Positions 30,829 to 40,470 of a DNA stretch of 64,000 bases are shown here, one piece after another. Under the pieces are notes generated by a model. That model saw only the letters and a program-made list of their open reading frames with translations. It ran no database searches and was not told the origin of the DNA. Numbering within the stretch: the stretch's first letter is position 1; each line of letters opens with the position of its first letter. This DNA comes from an uncultured Bacillota bacterium (GTDB taxonomy: Bacteria; Bacillota_I; Bacilli_A; RF39; UBA660), in assembly GCA_945867665.1 (NCBI GenBank), contig CAMBIR010000002.1, positions 48,039-112,038 of the forward strand. The letters are read 5' to 3'. The position numbers and the translations under genes were made by a program.

Positions 30829-31698
30829 ATGAAAAAAATACTGAAACGTCTTTTTGCTTATATGATTGATATTATGGTGGTAATGATTATTACACAGTGC
30901 TTATCAGGAATACCACTAATTAATCATCAGTTAGACCATTATAATCGATGTTATCAGGAATATTCTAATCATTTGAAAGAGTATACTGAATTTAAAATGG
31001 AACTACAATCTGCTTTTAAGGATGAAAAAATTACGGAAAAAGAATATAATAAGTTAGTAAGTATTAGTAGTGATTATCAAAAATATTTAAAAGAATATTA
31101 TGATGATAAGAAAATTACTAAGAATGAATATAATAAGATAAACAAAAATATTGATAAGTATTATATGAAAAACTATAAAAAAGAATATTATAATGTTGAG
31201 AGAAATTCGATTTGTTATTTTATTATTTATTTAATTGTGACACTTTTCTATTTTGTAGGATTTAATTATTATACTTCTGGTCAGACTTTAGGAAAGAAAT
31301 TATTTCGTTTGAAAATAGTAAATAGTCGGGAGAAAGGTGATAAGGTATCTCTTTTAAGTTATTTGATTAGAGGAATATTTTTGTATCAACCACTTTATTA
31401 TCTTGTTAAGTTAATTGGGGTATTTGTTTTAAATAGCAATAACTATTATCAGATTACATCTATTTTCTATGATATTAATTATTATTTAGAGTTTATTATT
31501 ATTTTAACGGTAATGATTAGAATGGATGGAAGAGGACTCCATGATTTGGCTTCTTCAACTAGAGTAGCGTCCTATGATAGAAATGGTAATGAGATTGATC
31601 GGGAAACAATATCATTTGTTACTAAAAGATTAGATGAAAAAGTAGTTGCCAAAAAGGAAGAAATGAAAAAGAAAAAGGGAGAATCTAACAAAAATTAG
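30829..31698 (+). CDS. RDD-family membrane protein
   Basis: N-terminal RLFAYMIDIMVV, C-terminal GRGLHDLASSTRV, and a K/Y/E-rich insert with an internal repeat KIT(E/K)(K/N)EYNK. Confidence 0.55.
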   Translation: MKKILKRLFAYMIDIMVVMIITQCLSGIPLINHQLDHYNRCYQEYSNHLKEYTEFKMELQSAFKDEKITEKEYNKLVSISSDYQKYLKEYYDDKKITKNEYNKINKNIDKYYMKNYKKEYYNVERNSICYFIIYLIVTLFYFVGFNYYTSGQTLGKKLFRLKIVNSREKGDKVSLLSYLIRGIFLYQPLYYLVKLIGVFVLNSNNYYQITSIFYDINYYLEFIIILTVMIRMDGRGLHDLASSTRVASYDRNGNEIDRETISFVTKRLDEKVVAKKEEMKKKKGESNKN

Positions 31699-31814
31699 GT
31701 TCTTTTTTCTGATTTAAATTTATTCTTTAGAAAAAAATAGAGTTAAGTATTTTACATTTATGAATAAAAAATAATCAAATATTGTCTAAATCAAAGAAAA
31801 GGAAGTAAAAATTC

Positions 31815-31843
31815 TTGTTTATTTAAACGTTTGATGTTATAAT
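31815..31843 (+). promoter_or_regulatory. SigA-type promoter for rpsU-yqeY
   Basis: TTGTTT, 17-nt spacer, TGt-TATAAT. The track start at 31843 lies in the -10 box. Confidence 0.55.
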
Positions 31844-31872
31844 TGTTACTGAATCGGAAGGGAGGGATAGAA

Positions 31873-32100
31873 ATGTCAGTAAATGTTCGAAATAATAATA
31901 TCGACGGAGCTCTTAGAATTCTTAGAACGCAATCGGCCCCAACCCTTTCTGTACTAAGAGATAAAAAAGAATACAAAAAACCTGGAGTTAGAAGAAGAGA
32001 AGAAAAGAAAAAGAATACCATCAATTCTAGAAAGAATAGTAAGAAAAATAACTATTCTAATAGAACAAGCAAGATGGCTAGTAAAAAATATGCGGCTTAA
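31873..32100 (+). CDS. rpsU: 30S ribosomal protein bS21 with a long basic C-terminal tail
   Basis: GGAAGGGAGGG RBS, then the ATG at 31873. MSVNVRNNNIDGALRILRTQ...KKEYKKPGVRRREEKKK matches the bS21 pattern. Followed by yqeY, as in Bacillus. Confidence 0.85.
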   Translation: MSVNVRNNNIDGALRILRTQSAPTLSVLRDKKEYKKPGVRRREEKKKNTINSRKNSKKNNYSNRTSKMASKKYAA

Positions 32101-32114
32101 GGGAGATGAAGTAA

Positions 32115-32558
32115 ATGACTTTAGCGGAAAGAATTAATGATGATGTCAAAACAGCAATGAAAAGTCAAGATAAAGAAAAACTTAATGTCATTAGGATGGT
32201 AAAAAGTGCAATTCAACTTGCTAAGATTGAAGCAAAGCATGATTTATCGGATGAAGAAGTCATTGATGTGATTTCTAAACAAATTAAGATGAGAAAAGAT
32301 TCTATCGTCGAATTTGAAAAAGCATCACGTACGGATTTAGCAGAGGCTTATAAGCGTGAGATTGATATTTTGAGTGAATATATGCCAGAACCTTTATCCA
32401 AAGAAGAAGTAGAAAAGATTATTGAAGAGGTTTTTGTGAAAATTAATCCTACTTCCCCTAAACAAATGGGATTAATCATGAAGGAAGTGACTCCTTTAGT
32501 AAAGGGAAAATTCGATATGGGTGAAGTAAGCAAGATGATTCGTGAAAAATTAAATTAA
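32115..32558 (+). CDS. yqeY: GatB/YqeY-domain protein
   Basis: 147 aa. Pattern LxERIxxDxKxAMKxxDKxxLxxIRMVKSAI, plus the position after rpsU. Confidence 0.8.
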   Translation: MTLAERINDDVKTAMKSQDKEKLNVIRMVKSAIQLAKIEAKHDLSDEEVIDVISKQIKMRKDSIVEFEKASRTDLAEAYKREIDILSEYMPEPLSKEEVEKIIEEVFVKINPTSPKQMGLIMKEVTPLVKGKFDMGEVSKMIREKLN

Positions 32559-32584
32559 GATAGGTAAAGCCTATCTTTTTTTTG
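32558..32584 (+). terminator. Rho-independent terminator
   Basis: AGATAGG-taaag-CCTATCT followed by T8. Confidence 0.7.
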
Positions 32585-32624
32585 TCTGCTATGATATACT
32601 TAAAACAAGAAAGAAGGAATAGTG

Positions 32625-32966
32625 ATGAGTGTAAAGTTAGAAAGATTAGAACATACATTTGTTGAACAAATTAGTCAAATTTTAATGTTAGAAATAAAAG
32701 ATGAGCGAATTCGTTTTGTGACAGTTACAGCTTGTTCTATTACGTCGGACTTATCTTTTGCTAAAGTTTATGTTACTGTTTTAGATGATACATCTAAAAA
32801 TAGTGTTTTAAAACTTTTAAATAAAGCGAGTAATTTTATTGAAAGGGAACTATCCAAAAGGGTTGACATTCGAAAAATGCCTAATATTACTTTTGTTTAT
32901 GATGAGTCGATAGCTTATGCGCAAAATATTGAAAAGATTATAGAAAGTACGATGGAAAATGAATAG
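32625..32966 (+). CDS. rbfA: Ribosome-binding factor A
   Basis: Motifs: RLEHTFVEQISQILMLEIKDERIRFVTVTACSITSDLSFAKVYV and MPNITFVYDES. Confidence 0.85.
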   Translation: MSVKLERLEHTFVEQISQILMLEIKDERIRFVTVTACSITSDLSFAKVYVTVLDDTSKNSVLKLLNKASNFIERELSKRVDIRKMPNITFVYDESIAYAQNIEKIIESTMENE

Positions 32967-33918
32967 CGAAGTTGAGTTAGATAGTATTATTGAAGTGATT
33001 AGTAGCGCTAATAAAATTGGGATATTTACTCATATCTCTCCAGATGGAGATGCGATTGGAAGTAGTTTAGCTTTTTATTTAGGACTTCTTCAATTAAAAA
33101 AAAATGTAGAAATAGTAACAGATGAATTTTCTAAGTGTTTTTCTTTTCTACCAGGGATAGGGGAGATAAAAAAAGAAACGAATAGTGCTTTTGATGTTTT
33201 TGTTTGTTTGGATTGTGCAACGAGAGGAAGACTTTTTGATCCTTTAGGATCTATGGATAAAAGTATGGTTAGTGTTGCGATTGATCATCATGCGAGTAAT
33301 ACTTTTTTTGCAAATTATAATTATGTTGAAGGCAGTAGTCCTGCGACTTGTAAGACTTTGGTTAGGGTATTTAAACGTCTTGGTATTAGTATTACTAAAG
33401 AAATTGGAGAATGTTTGATGGCTGGAATTATTACAGATTCTGGAGGATTTCGTTACGATACAGTAGATGATGAGACTTTTGAATTTGCGGCTTTAATGCT
33501 AGATAACGGGGTTAATATTAGTGATATTTATTATCGAACGTTTGATGTAAAGACAAAGTCACAGTTTACTCTTTCTACCATTGCTACTTCCCATCTTAAA
33601 TTTTATGCTCATGATCAGATTGCTCTTACTTATATAACAAGAGAAGATATGAAAAAATCCAAAGCACAAACTGGAGATCATGAAGGAATTGTGAATGTGG
33701 GAAGAAATATTGAAGGGGTTGAAGTATCTATTTTCCTAAGAGAAGTAGAGGATGATTTTTTTAGAGTTTCTTTAAGAAGTAATGATTATGTTGATGTATC
33801 TGAAGTAGCAAGTTTTTTTAATGGGGGAGGACATACGAAAGCTGCGGGTTGTGATATTCATGAATCTTTGGATGTTGCGATTAAAAAATTGGTAAAGGAA
33901 ACGACAAAAAAATTATGA
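32959..33918 (+). CDS. nrnA: DHH/DHHA1 phosphoesterase (NrnA-like oligoribonuclease/pAp phosphatase)
   Basis: Motifs: HISPDGDAIGS, AIDHHASN, GGGHTKAAG. Confidence 0.8.
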   Translation: MNSEVELDSIIEVISSANKIGIFTHISPDGDAIGSSLAFYLGLLQLKKNVEIVTDEFSKCFSFLPGIGEIKKETNSAFDVFVCLDCATRGRLFDPLGSMDKSMVSVAIDHHASNTFFANYNYVEGSSPATCKTLVRVFKRLGISITKEIGECLMAGIITDSGGFRYDTVDDETFEFAALMLDNGVNISDIYYRTFDVKTKSQFTLSTIATSHLKFYAHDQIALTYITREDMKKSKAQTGDHEGIVNVGRNIEGVEVSIFLREVEDDFFRVSLRSNDYVDVSEVASFFNGGGHTKAAGCDIHESLDVAIKKLVKETTKKL

Positions 33919-34766
33919 ATGGAGTACTTTTAATTGATAAAAAAAAGGGAGTAACTAGTAGAGATGTGGTCAGGAGAGTTGGCCAGATTCTTGGTACGAA
34001 AAAGGTTGGTCATACGGGAACTTTGGATCCTCTTGCAACAGGAGTTTTGGTTCTTTGCGTGGGTCAGGGGTTAAAGTTAGTAGAATTAATGATGAGGCAT
34101 GACAAAGAGTATATTGCAACGATTCAGTTAGGAATTGAAACAGATACTTTAGATATTACGGGAAATGTTTTAAAAAGAGAGAATCCCCCTCAAGTTTCAA
34201 AACAACAAATCGAAGAGGTGCTACGAGGGTATGTAGGAAAAATTAAGCAAGAAGTTCCTAAGTATTCGGCGATTAAGGTAAATGGTAAAAAATTATATGA
34301 ATATGCTAGAAAGGGAATAGAAGTTCCCCTTCCTGTGCATGATGTTGAAATTTATCATCTTGAACTTCTTGGAGATATTGTGGATAACTGTTTTCAGATA
34401 AAATGTTCGGTTAGTTCTGGAACTTATATTAGGAGTTTGGTTCGGGATATTGGGGCATCTCTTGGAACAGTTGCAGTTATGCTAGAATTAAGAAGGACTA
34501 GAGTGGGGGATTTTAAAATAGAAAATACTTATAGAGAAGAGGATGTTGAATCAGGAAATTATCAATTACTAAATCTTACGGATGTTTTAAATCTTCCTGT
34601 TTTAGTTGTTCGTGATGAGATAGAGAAAAAGGTTAGAAATGGTTGTAAGATGGAAAAGTTTTTTGATGAAGAAATGATAATATTAGAAAATAGTAAGAAG
34701 CAAATATTAGCAATTTATATGCAAGTAGGGGAAAATAAGGTAAAGCCTTATCGAATGTTTGTTTAA
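33915..34766 (+). CDS. truB: tRNA pseudouridine(55) synthase
   Basis: Motifs: GHTGTLDPLATGVLVL and YSAIKVNGKKLYEYAR. Confidence 0.9.
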   Translation: MNGVLLIDKKKGVTSRDVVRRVGQILGTKKVGHTGTLDPLATGVLVLCVGQGLKLVELMMRHDKEYIATIQLGIETDTLDITGNVLKRENPPQVSKQQIEEVLRGYVGKIKQEVPKYSAIKVNGKKLYEYARKGIEVPLPVHDVEIYHLELLGDIVDNCFQIKCSVSSGTYIRSLVRDIGASLGTVAVMLELRRTRVGDFKIENTYREEDVESGNYQLLNLTDVLNLPVLVVRDEIEKKVRNGCKMEKFFDEEMIILENSKKQILAIYMQVGENKVKPYRMFV

Positions 34767-34879
34767 AAAAATATAAGTTTGTTTATTTTTTTATTAAAGA
34801 GTAATAGATTTTTTCTATTATTTTTTTGATATATGGGTATCTAAACCTTTGAAAAATAAGGAGAAAAGGAATCATTCTA

Positions 34880-34908
34880 TTGACATGGGTTTTTCTTTTC
34901 GTTATAAT
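34880..34908 (+). promoter_or_regulatory. Consensus SigA promoter upstream of ftsA
   Basis: TTGACA (34880-34885), 17-nt spacer, TATAAT (34903-34908). Confidence 0.65.
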
Positions 34909-34913
34909 TAAGT

Positions 34914-36239
34914 ATGTATATGGATAGGGAAACTATTTGTATATTTGGTAGTAAATTTGCTATCTTTTGGAAAAGAGTTGATGCTATTTTGAGAAAAATA
35001 TATACAAGTATAGATATTGGAAGTTATTCCATTAAGTTTGTTGTTCTTGAATATTTTAATCAAAAGGTATATGTTTTGGCTTCTCATAGTGTTGATTCTA
35101 AAGGAATTAAAAAAGGATTAATTATTGAACCTAATTTGGTTAGTGAATGTATTCGGGAAGGAATGAAGGAAATTAATGAGATGCTTGGGATTGAAATTAA
35201 ACGAGTAATTGTTAATGTTCCGGATTATAATGTTCGTTTTACTGAGGTGGAGGGACACATTGATATTAGTCAAAGTGAAGTTATTACGGCTAGTGATATT
35301 AATCGAGTAATTAAAGATTCTATCTATAATCGTTTGGATGATGATTATGAATTGGTGACAATGATTCCAAGAGAATATAGGATAGATAACGAAAAGGGAA
35401 TTCGTAAACCAATAGGTAAAAAAGGACAAAAACTTGAAATAAACGGTATAATGATATCAACACCTAAGAAGAATATTTATTCTGTTTTACGTGTTATTGA
35501 AAATGCTGGTTTGGAAGTTGTGGATATTACTATTGCTGGTTTGGATAATTATTATGAAGTTCATGATAAAGGTTTAGATAAAAAAGATGGGGCAATTATT
35601 CATCTTGGCCATGAAACAACTACTGTTAGTATCTTTGATGAGGGTATTATTGTTGGTAATGAGACACTTCAAATTGGTGGGGTTAATGTAGAAAAGGATC
35701 TTGCTTATGTATTTGGTATTCAGGTAAGTGATGGTAGAATTTTGAAAGAAAAGTTTGCAAGTAGTCATAAAAGATTTTGTCAGATTAATGAAATCTATGA
35801 GGTTAAGAATACTATTGGTGATGTAATTAAATTAAATCAACTTGAGGTATCTGAGGTAGTCATGAGTAGAATGGTAGAGATTTTATCTTTAGCAAAGAAG
35901 CAGATTCGTTCACTTACTAATCATGAAATTAATTATATTATTTTAACTGGAGGGCTAACAGAGATTAAATCTTTTAAAAATTTGGCCTATGAAATCTTTG
36001 GGAAAGATGTTATAATATATACAGTTACAACATTAGGTATCAGGGATAATAAATATATAAGTGCTTTAGGAATGATTAAGTATTTTATTGATAAAATGGA
36101 ATCTCGTGGTAAGAATGTATCGATGTTGGATGCGTCAGAAGAGACTGCGTTAGTAACTCCTAATAATAAATTAAAAAAAGATAATGTGATTATCAATAAA
36201 ATTTTTGGAAATTTTGTAGCAAATAAGGAGGAAAAGTGA
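34914..36239 (+). CDS. ftsA: Cell division protein FtsA (start uncertain: ATG 34914 or in-frame TTG 34989)
   Basis: Actin-fold motifs: [37 protein letters not shown]. The ATG at 34914 lies 6 nt after the -10 box. It would add ~25 aa ahead of the usual FtsA N-terminus. Confidence 0.85.
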   Translation: MYMDRETICIFGSKFAIFWKRVDAILRKIYTSIDIGSYSIKFVVLEYFNQKVYVLASHSVDSKGIKKGLIIEPNLVSECIREGMKEINEMLGIEIKRVIVNVPDYNVRFTEVEGHIDISQSEVITASDINRVIKDSIYNRLDDDYELVTMIPREYRIDNEKGIRKPIGKKGQKLEINGIMISTPKKNIYSVLRVIENAGLEVVDITIAGLDNYYEVHDKGLDKKDGAIIHLGHETTTVSIFDEGIIVGNETLQIGGVNVEKDLAYVFGIQVSDGRILKEKFASSHKRFCQINEIYEVKNTIGDVIKLNQLEVSEVVMSRMVEILSLAKKQIRSLTNHEINYIILTGGLTEIKSFKNLAYEIFGKDVIIYTVTTLGIRDNKYISALGMIKYFIDKMESRGKNVSMLDASEETALVTPNNKLKKDNVIINKIFGNFVANKEEK

Positions 36240-37315
36240 TGAATAATATGTTAGGTTTGGAAATGGATCAATTGGCAAAAATTAAGGTAATTGGAATTGG
36301 TGGTGGTGGTTGTAACGCTATTAATCGTATGATTTCCGGTGGTTTAAAAGGTGTAGATTTCATTGTCGCTAATACTGATGTTCAAGCTTTGAATCGTTCT
36401 CTTGCAACAACTAAATTACAAATTGGTAGTGAACTTACGGATGGTCTTGGAGCGGGAGCAAATCCGGAAGTTGGTCGGGAAGCTGCTTTGGAGAGTAAAG
36501 CGGCCATTGAGGATGCTTTGAAAGGTGCCGATATGGTTTTTGTAACTTGTGGAATGGGTGGTGGTACTGGTACAGGTGCTGCACCGGTTGTTGCTGAGAT
36601 TGCACAAGATTTGGGTGCTTTGACTGTAGGTATTGTTACTAAGCCATTTAGTTTTGAAGGAAAGAAGAGAATGGATCAAGCGGTTAAGGGACTTGACGAA
36701 CTTAGAAAACATGTTGATACGATTATTGTTATACCAAATGATCGTTTGCGAGAACTTATTGATAAAACAACACCTATGTTGGAAGCGTTTAGAGAAGTTG
36801 ATAATGTTCTTCATCGTGGAGTACAGTCTATTTCTGATTTGATTGCGGTTGCTGGATTAGTTAATTTGGATTTTGCGGATGTTAAAACAGTAATGAAAGA
36901 TAGAGGAAATGCTTTAATTGGTATTGGTGTAGGTTCTGGTGAAAATAGGGCTGTTGAGGCAGCTAAACAAGCGGTATCTAGTCCGTTACTTGAAACTTCT
37001 ATTGATGGGGCAACGGATGCAATTATTAATGTAACAGGTGGTTCGTCACTTACTTTATTTGAAGTAGAAGAGGCAGCTGAAGTAATTAGAAGTGCTGCTA
37101 ATACGGATATTAATACTATTTTTGGTGCGGTTATTAATGAAAACTTGAATGATGAGGTAATCGTTACGGTTATTGCTACTGGTTTTGAAGAACCTAGTGA
37201 ACCACTTTATCATGGATTTACAAATACAAGTAGGGAAGATTTGTATAAAGAATCTAATGATGATGATAGTGATTTTGATGTTCCTCCTTTCTTAAGGGAT
37301 CATAGTGATTATTAA
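36239..37315 (+). CDS. ftsZ: Cell division protein FtsZ
   Basis: AGGAGG, then 7 nt, then the ATG at 36239. Motifs: [24 protein letters not shown], and the C-terminal peptide DFDVPPFLR. Confidence 0.97.
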   Translation: MNNMLGLEMDQLAKIKVIGIGGGGCNAINRMISGGLKGVDFIVANTDVQALNRSLATTKLQIGSELTDGLGAGANPEVGREAALESKAAIEDALKGADMVFVTCGMGGGTGTGAAPVVAEIAQDLGALTVGIVTKPFSFEGKKRMDQAVKGLDELRKHVDTIIVIPNDRLRELIDKTTPMLEAFREVDNVLHRGVQSISDLIAVAGLVNLDFADVKTVMKDRGNALIGIGVGSGENRAVEAAKQAVSSPLLETSIDGATDAIINVTGGSSLTLFEVEEAAEVIRSAANTDINTIFGAVINENLNDEVIVTVIATGFEEPSEPLYHGFTNTSREDLYKESNDDDSDFDVPPFLRDHSDY

Positions 37316-37334
37316 AATTGGAAGTTAGATAAAA

Positions 37335-37367
37335 AAATCATACTGTTTGGGGTATGATTTTTCTTTT
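37335..37367 (+). terminator. Rho-independent terminator after ftsZ
   Basis: 9-bp stem AAATCATAC/GTATGATTT with an 8-nt loop and a T-rich tail. Confidence 0.75.
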
Positions 37368-37479
37368 GAAAAGTTTTTTCCTTGTCGAAAAAAGGTGTAA
37401 ATATTTCTGTAAAATATATTGTCTTTTTTTTTATTCTGTATTATATTAAAAATATAGATAGTAGAGGAGTGTGATTTAA

Positions 37480-37680
37480 ATGATATATCCGTCAATTGAT
37501 AAGATATTAAATATTGTTGATTCTAAATATGCTTTAGTTTATATTGTAGCAAGTAGGAGTAAAGAAATGATGAAGACAAATTATTATCAAATGCCTGAGA
37601 AAAGTTATAAATCTTCTAAGTCTATTGGTAGGGCTCTAGAAGAAGTGTATGCTGATATGATTCATGTAACAAGGAAATAA
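37480..37680 (+). CDS. rpoZ: RNA polymerase omega subunit
   Basis: MIYPSIDKILNIVDSKYALVYIVASRSKEM...IGRALEEV parallels B. subtilis RpoZ ([27 protein letters not shown]...GKALEEI). Confidence 0.8.
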   Translation: MIYPSIDKILNIVDSKYALVYIVASRSKEMMKTNYYQMPEKSYKSSKSIGRALEEVYADMIHVTRK

Positions 37681-37682
37681 TT

Positions 37683-38057
37683 ATGAATAATAAGGGTTTT
37701 ACGCTAATAGAGGTATTGGCTGTTTTGACTTTGATTTCTTTAGCTGTGGTTATTACGGTTTCTAATTTTTCTTCTTCTATGAGTTTAGGAAAGAAAGAGG
37801 CTTATTTGCTTATGAAAAATAATCTTATTTCGGCTGGATATACTTATATAGAAGAGTGTGAAAAAGGAGTTCTTCAGTGTGATTTTTCTTTTAGTAAAAA
37901 AAATACTTTTCCGGCTAAAGTCTTAGAAGAAAGTGGTTATTTTAAGAGTTTGAAAAGTCCTTTAGATGGAAAGTATTTAGGGGAATGTCTTATTTTAAAT
38001 GCTAAAAAAGAAAATGGTGTTGTTATAGTTGATTTAGTGGATAAGTGTTATCTATAA
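37683..38057 (+). CDS. Type IV pilin / ComG-type pseudopilin with a prepilin N-methylation motif
   Basis: MNNKG-FTLIEVLAVLTLISLAVVI is the class III signal (KGFTLIE). 124 aa with C-terminal cysteines. Starts 2 nt after the rpoZ stop. Confidence 0.75.
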   Translation: MNNKGFTLIEVLAVLTLISLAVVITVSNFSSSMSLGKKEAYLLMKNNLISAGYTYIEECEKGVLQCDFSFSKKNTFPAKVLEESGYFKSLKSPLDGKYLGECLILNAKKENGVVIVDLVDKCYL

Positions 38058-38242
38058 TAAATGGGGTATGGTCCTGGATAAGGGACTGGCTGGTATGGGT
38101 ATGGATAAGGTCTTGGATAGAAGGCTGGCGCTAATAGTCCACCGGTGATTCCTCCTAGGACAAAGGGAACAGCAAAGCTTCCGGCAAAGCGATTATTATA
38201 TTGATTTGGTCTGTAGCCTCTCATGTAATAGTTTTGATACAT
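38048..38242 (-). CDS. 64-aa Tyr/Pro-rich small protein with one Gly-rich hydrophobic segment
   Basis: GAAAGGAGAG RBS on the minus strand. Product: MYQNYYMRGYRPNQYNNRFAGSFAVPFVLGGITGGLLAPAFYPRPYPYPYQPVPYPGPYPIYYR. Its 3' end overlaps the convergent pilin gene by 10 nt. Confidence 0.4.
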   Translation of the reverse strand: MYQNYYMRGYRPNQYNNRFAGSFAVPFVLGGITGGLLAPAFYPRPYPYPYQPVPYPGPYPIYYR

Positions 38243-38351
38243 TTCTTATCTCTCCTTTCAAAGTATTATATAAAAAAATATGAAAAAGTTTAATAAACTG
38301 TTTGATTTTATATATTTTTTTGATATAATAAGGAAAGAGTAGGTGTAGATT

Positions 38352-38990
38352 ATGTATAAGAAAATATTGTTCATTTGTTGCATTTTCTTACTTTCTGGAT
38401 GTACTAGAATTAGTAATGATAATCAATACATCGACCTAGTTAATCATTGTTTTGTGGAAAAAAAGATAACAAATGATGTTGCTTTGGGGTATAAGTACTA
38501 TATTCCAAGAGGAGTAGAGAAAATTCATGATTATGATTATAATCAAGAGTTTTTAGTAGACAATACTTCTATTTATTTATATGTAGATATTGTTAGTTAT
38601 TATTATAAAAAAGAATTACAGTATAAAGAGACGGGCACAGAGTTTTATTATGAAAAGTTTCATTATAAGAAAAATACAGGGTATATTAAGATTGATAAGT
38701 TGGGGGACGAGTATCTTCTTTCTATGGTATATCATTATTCTAAGATTGAGGTATATACTAATGAAAAAAATTTAAGTAAAATGGTTACTTTGTCATCAAT
38801 TATACTAAATAGTATTACTTATAATGATCGTGTGATAGAAAAAGTTTTAGAGGGTAATTTGGGAGAATTTTCTGAGGTTACTTATGAAATAAAGAAACCG
38901 GATGGAGCAAGTAGCAATTTTTCTCAATATTTGGAGGAATATGTTCAAAAAGAAGAGCAACAGAAGAAAGAGGATTTACCTGATGAATAA
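38352..38990 (+). CDS. Lipoprotein, function unknown
   Basis: Signal peptide with the lipobox LLSGC (Cys17). Confidence 0.6.
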   Translation: MYKKILFICCIFLLSGCTRISNDNQYIDLVNHCFVEKKITNDVALGYKYYIPRGVEKIHDYDYNQEFLVDNTSIYLYVDIVSYYYKKELQYKETGTEFYYEKFHYKKNTGYIKIDKLGDEYLLSMVYHYSKIEVYTNEKNLSKMVTLSSIILNSITYNDRVIEKVLEGNLGEFSEVTYEIKKPDGASSNFSQYLEEYVQKEEQQKKEDLPDE

Positions 38991-39008
38991 CAAAGAGAGG
39001 TGCTAAAA

Positions 39009-40184
39009 ATGGGTTTGATGGACAAGTTTAAGAATTTGTTTACGGATGAAGAAATCGATGAAGAGGAAGAAAATGAGGCTACCATTGAAATAAAGGAAAT
39101 TAAAAAGGAAGAAGAGGAACATAAGTTACCTACGTTTATGCGTGAGAAAATTGAAAGAGAAAAACAAGAACAAGAAGCGCAGGTGGCAAAAAAGTTGGAG
39201 TTTTCTTCTCAAGAAGAGCCGATTCGTATTAAGGAATTGAAAGTAGAAGAAAAGCTTGAGGATGTTGGTAGAGACTTATCTTCTAGAAAAGAGGAAAAAG
39301 AAGAGACTGAAAAACAGAATTTTAAATTTCCTATTGATATTAACGATAATGATTTCATTGAGACTAGAAGTAGACAATCTATTCATAAAGATAGAGTTGG
39401 AGCACCATCAAGAGTTAAGGTAGAGGCTGAAGTTAGAAAAGAAGTTCCTGCAAAAAAGGACTTGAAGGTTTCAGAATTATATAAAGATAAAAAAGAAGAT
39501 AAGAAGAAGGAAGAAAGACACTTTAAGGCAACTCCTATTATTTCTCCAATTTATGGCATTTTGGATCAAAATTATACTTCTGGGGATATGGAAAGTAATA
39601 GGGGGGAGAATTTAGAGCATCAACGTCATTCTAAAAATGTAGATTTTGATTCTGTTAGGAAAAAGGCTTATGGCAGTTTGACTGAAGAAATTAAAGAGAA
39701 TTTAATGTGTGAAAATTGTGAATATTTGAAGGAAGCAAAAGAGTGTAAAAAAGAAAAAGAACGTGATGGAGAATCGTATAGTGCTCAGTATCAGGATGAT
39801 TATTGTGATTATAAAGTTTCTGATACGAAAGATTATTCTTATGGTGAAAGAAAGCGTAATTATGATAATATAACTTTAGATGAGGCTACAGAAAATTATT
39901 ATGATTATGGTGTTGAGTATGATAAAAAGAATTATCGTCCTAATGAAGAAGAGAATGTTAAGATTGTTAATCATGAAGATTTAGAACATCATCATAAAAA
40001 AGAAATTCCTCCAGTTAAGAGTAGTATTAATTTATTGTCTACGTTGAAAAAAAGTATGAATGATGGGATTAATGATTCGATAGAAGAAAAGCCTAAGACT
40101 GAGGAAAAAAATTTGGAATTAACCGATGATTTGTTTAATTTAATTGATTCTATGTATGATGAAAGGAATGATTCAAATGATTGA
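39009..40184 (+). CDS. Highly charged E/K-rich protein with a SepF-like N-terminal amphipathic helix
   Basis: AGAGAGG RBS, then the ATG at 39009. Starts MGLMDKFKNLFTDEE, followed by a long low-complexity E/K region. Central motif FKATPIISPIYGILD and C-terminal LELTDDLFNLIDSMYDE. Confidence 0.45.
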   Translation: MGLMDKFKNLFTDEEIDEEEENEATIEIKEIKKEEEEHKLPTFMREKIEREKQEQEAQVAKKLEFSSQEEPIRIKELKVEEKLEDVGRDLSSRKEEKEETEKQNFKFPIDINDNDFIETRSRQSIHKDRVGAPSRVKVEAEVRKEVPAKKDLKVSELYKDKKEDKKKEERHFKATPIISPIYGILDQNYTSGDMESNRGENLEHQRHSKNVDFDSVRKKAYGSLTEEIKENLMCENCEYLKEAKECKKEKERDGESYSAQYQDDYCDYKVSDTKDYSYGERKRNYDNITLDEATENYYDYGVEYDKKNYRPNEEENVKIVNHEDLEHHHKKEIPPVKSSINLLSTLKKSMNDGINDSIEEKPKTEEKNLELTDDLFNLIDSMYDERNDSND

Positions 40185-40470
40185 TGCTAGTACTTTTTTG
40201 CTCGTATTTTTGGGAATTTTATGTTCTATTCTATTAGTTGTGTTAATAGTATTAAGTGTAAAATTAATTGATACCATTAATCGGGTAAATCGTATTATTG
40301 AAGAAGTTGATGTCAAGTTAAGTAAATTTGATAAAGCTTTTAGTTTAGTGGATATTTTAACTGATAATATGGCTTTAGTTAGTGATAAGTTAGTAGATGG
40401 AATCAGTTATGTGATTCGAAGATTATTTGTTAGGAAAAGTAAAAGAAAGGAAGAGGAAATCAATGAGTAA
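40177..40470 (+). CDS. DUF948 (YtxG-like) membrane-anchored stress protein
   Basis: N-terminal TM followed by helical repeats. Followed by a YtxH-like gene, as in the B. subtilis ytxG-ytxH pair. Confidence 0.55.
   Translation: MIDASTFLLVFLGILCSILLVVLIVLSVKLIDTINRVNRIIEEVDVKLSKFDKAFSLVDILTDNMALVSDKLVDGISYVIRRLFVRKSKRKEEEINE

Noticed and set aside
31791-32024. The minus-strand 77-aa ORF and the upstream-extended start (31843) of the rpsU ORF.
   Set aside because: The bS21 motif and a strong RBS define 31873 as the start. Position 31843 falls in the -10 box of the promoter, and the minus-strand ORF is antisense to rpsU.
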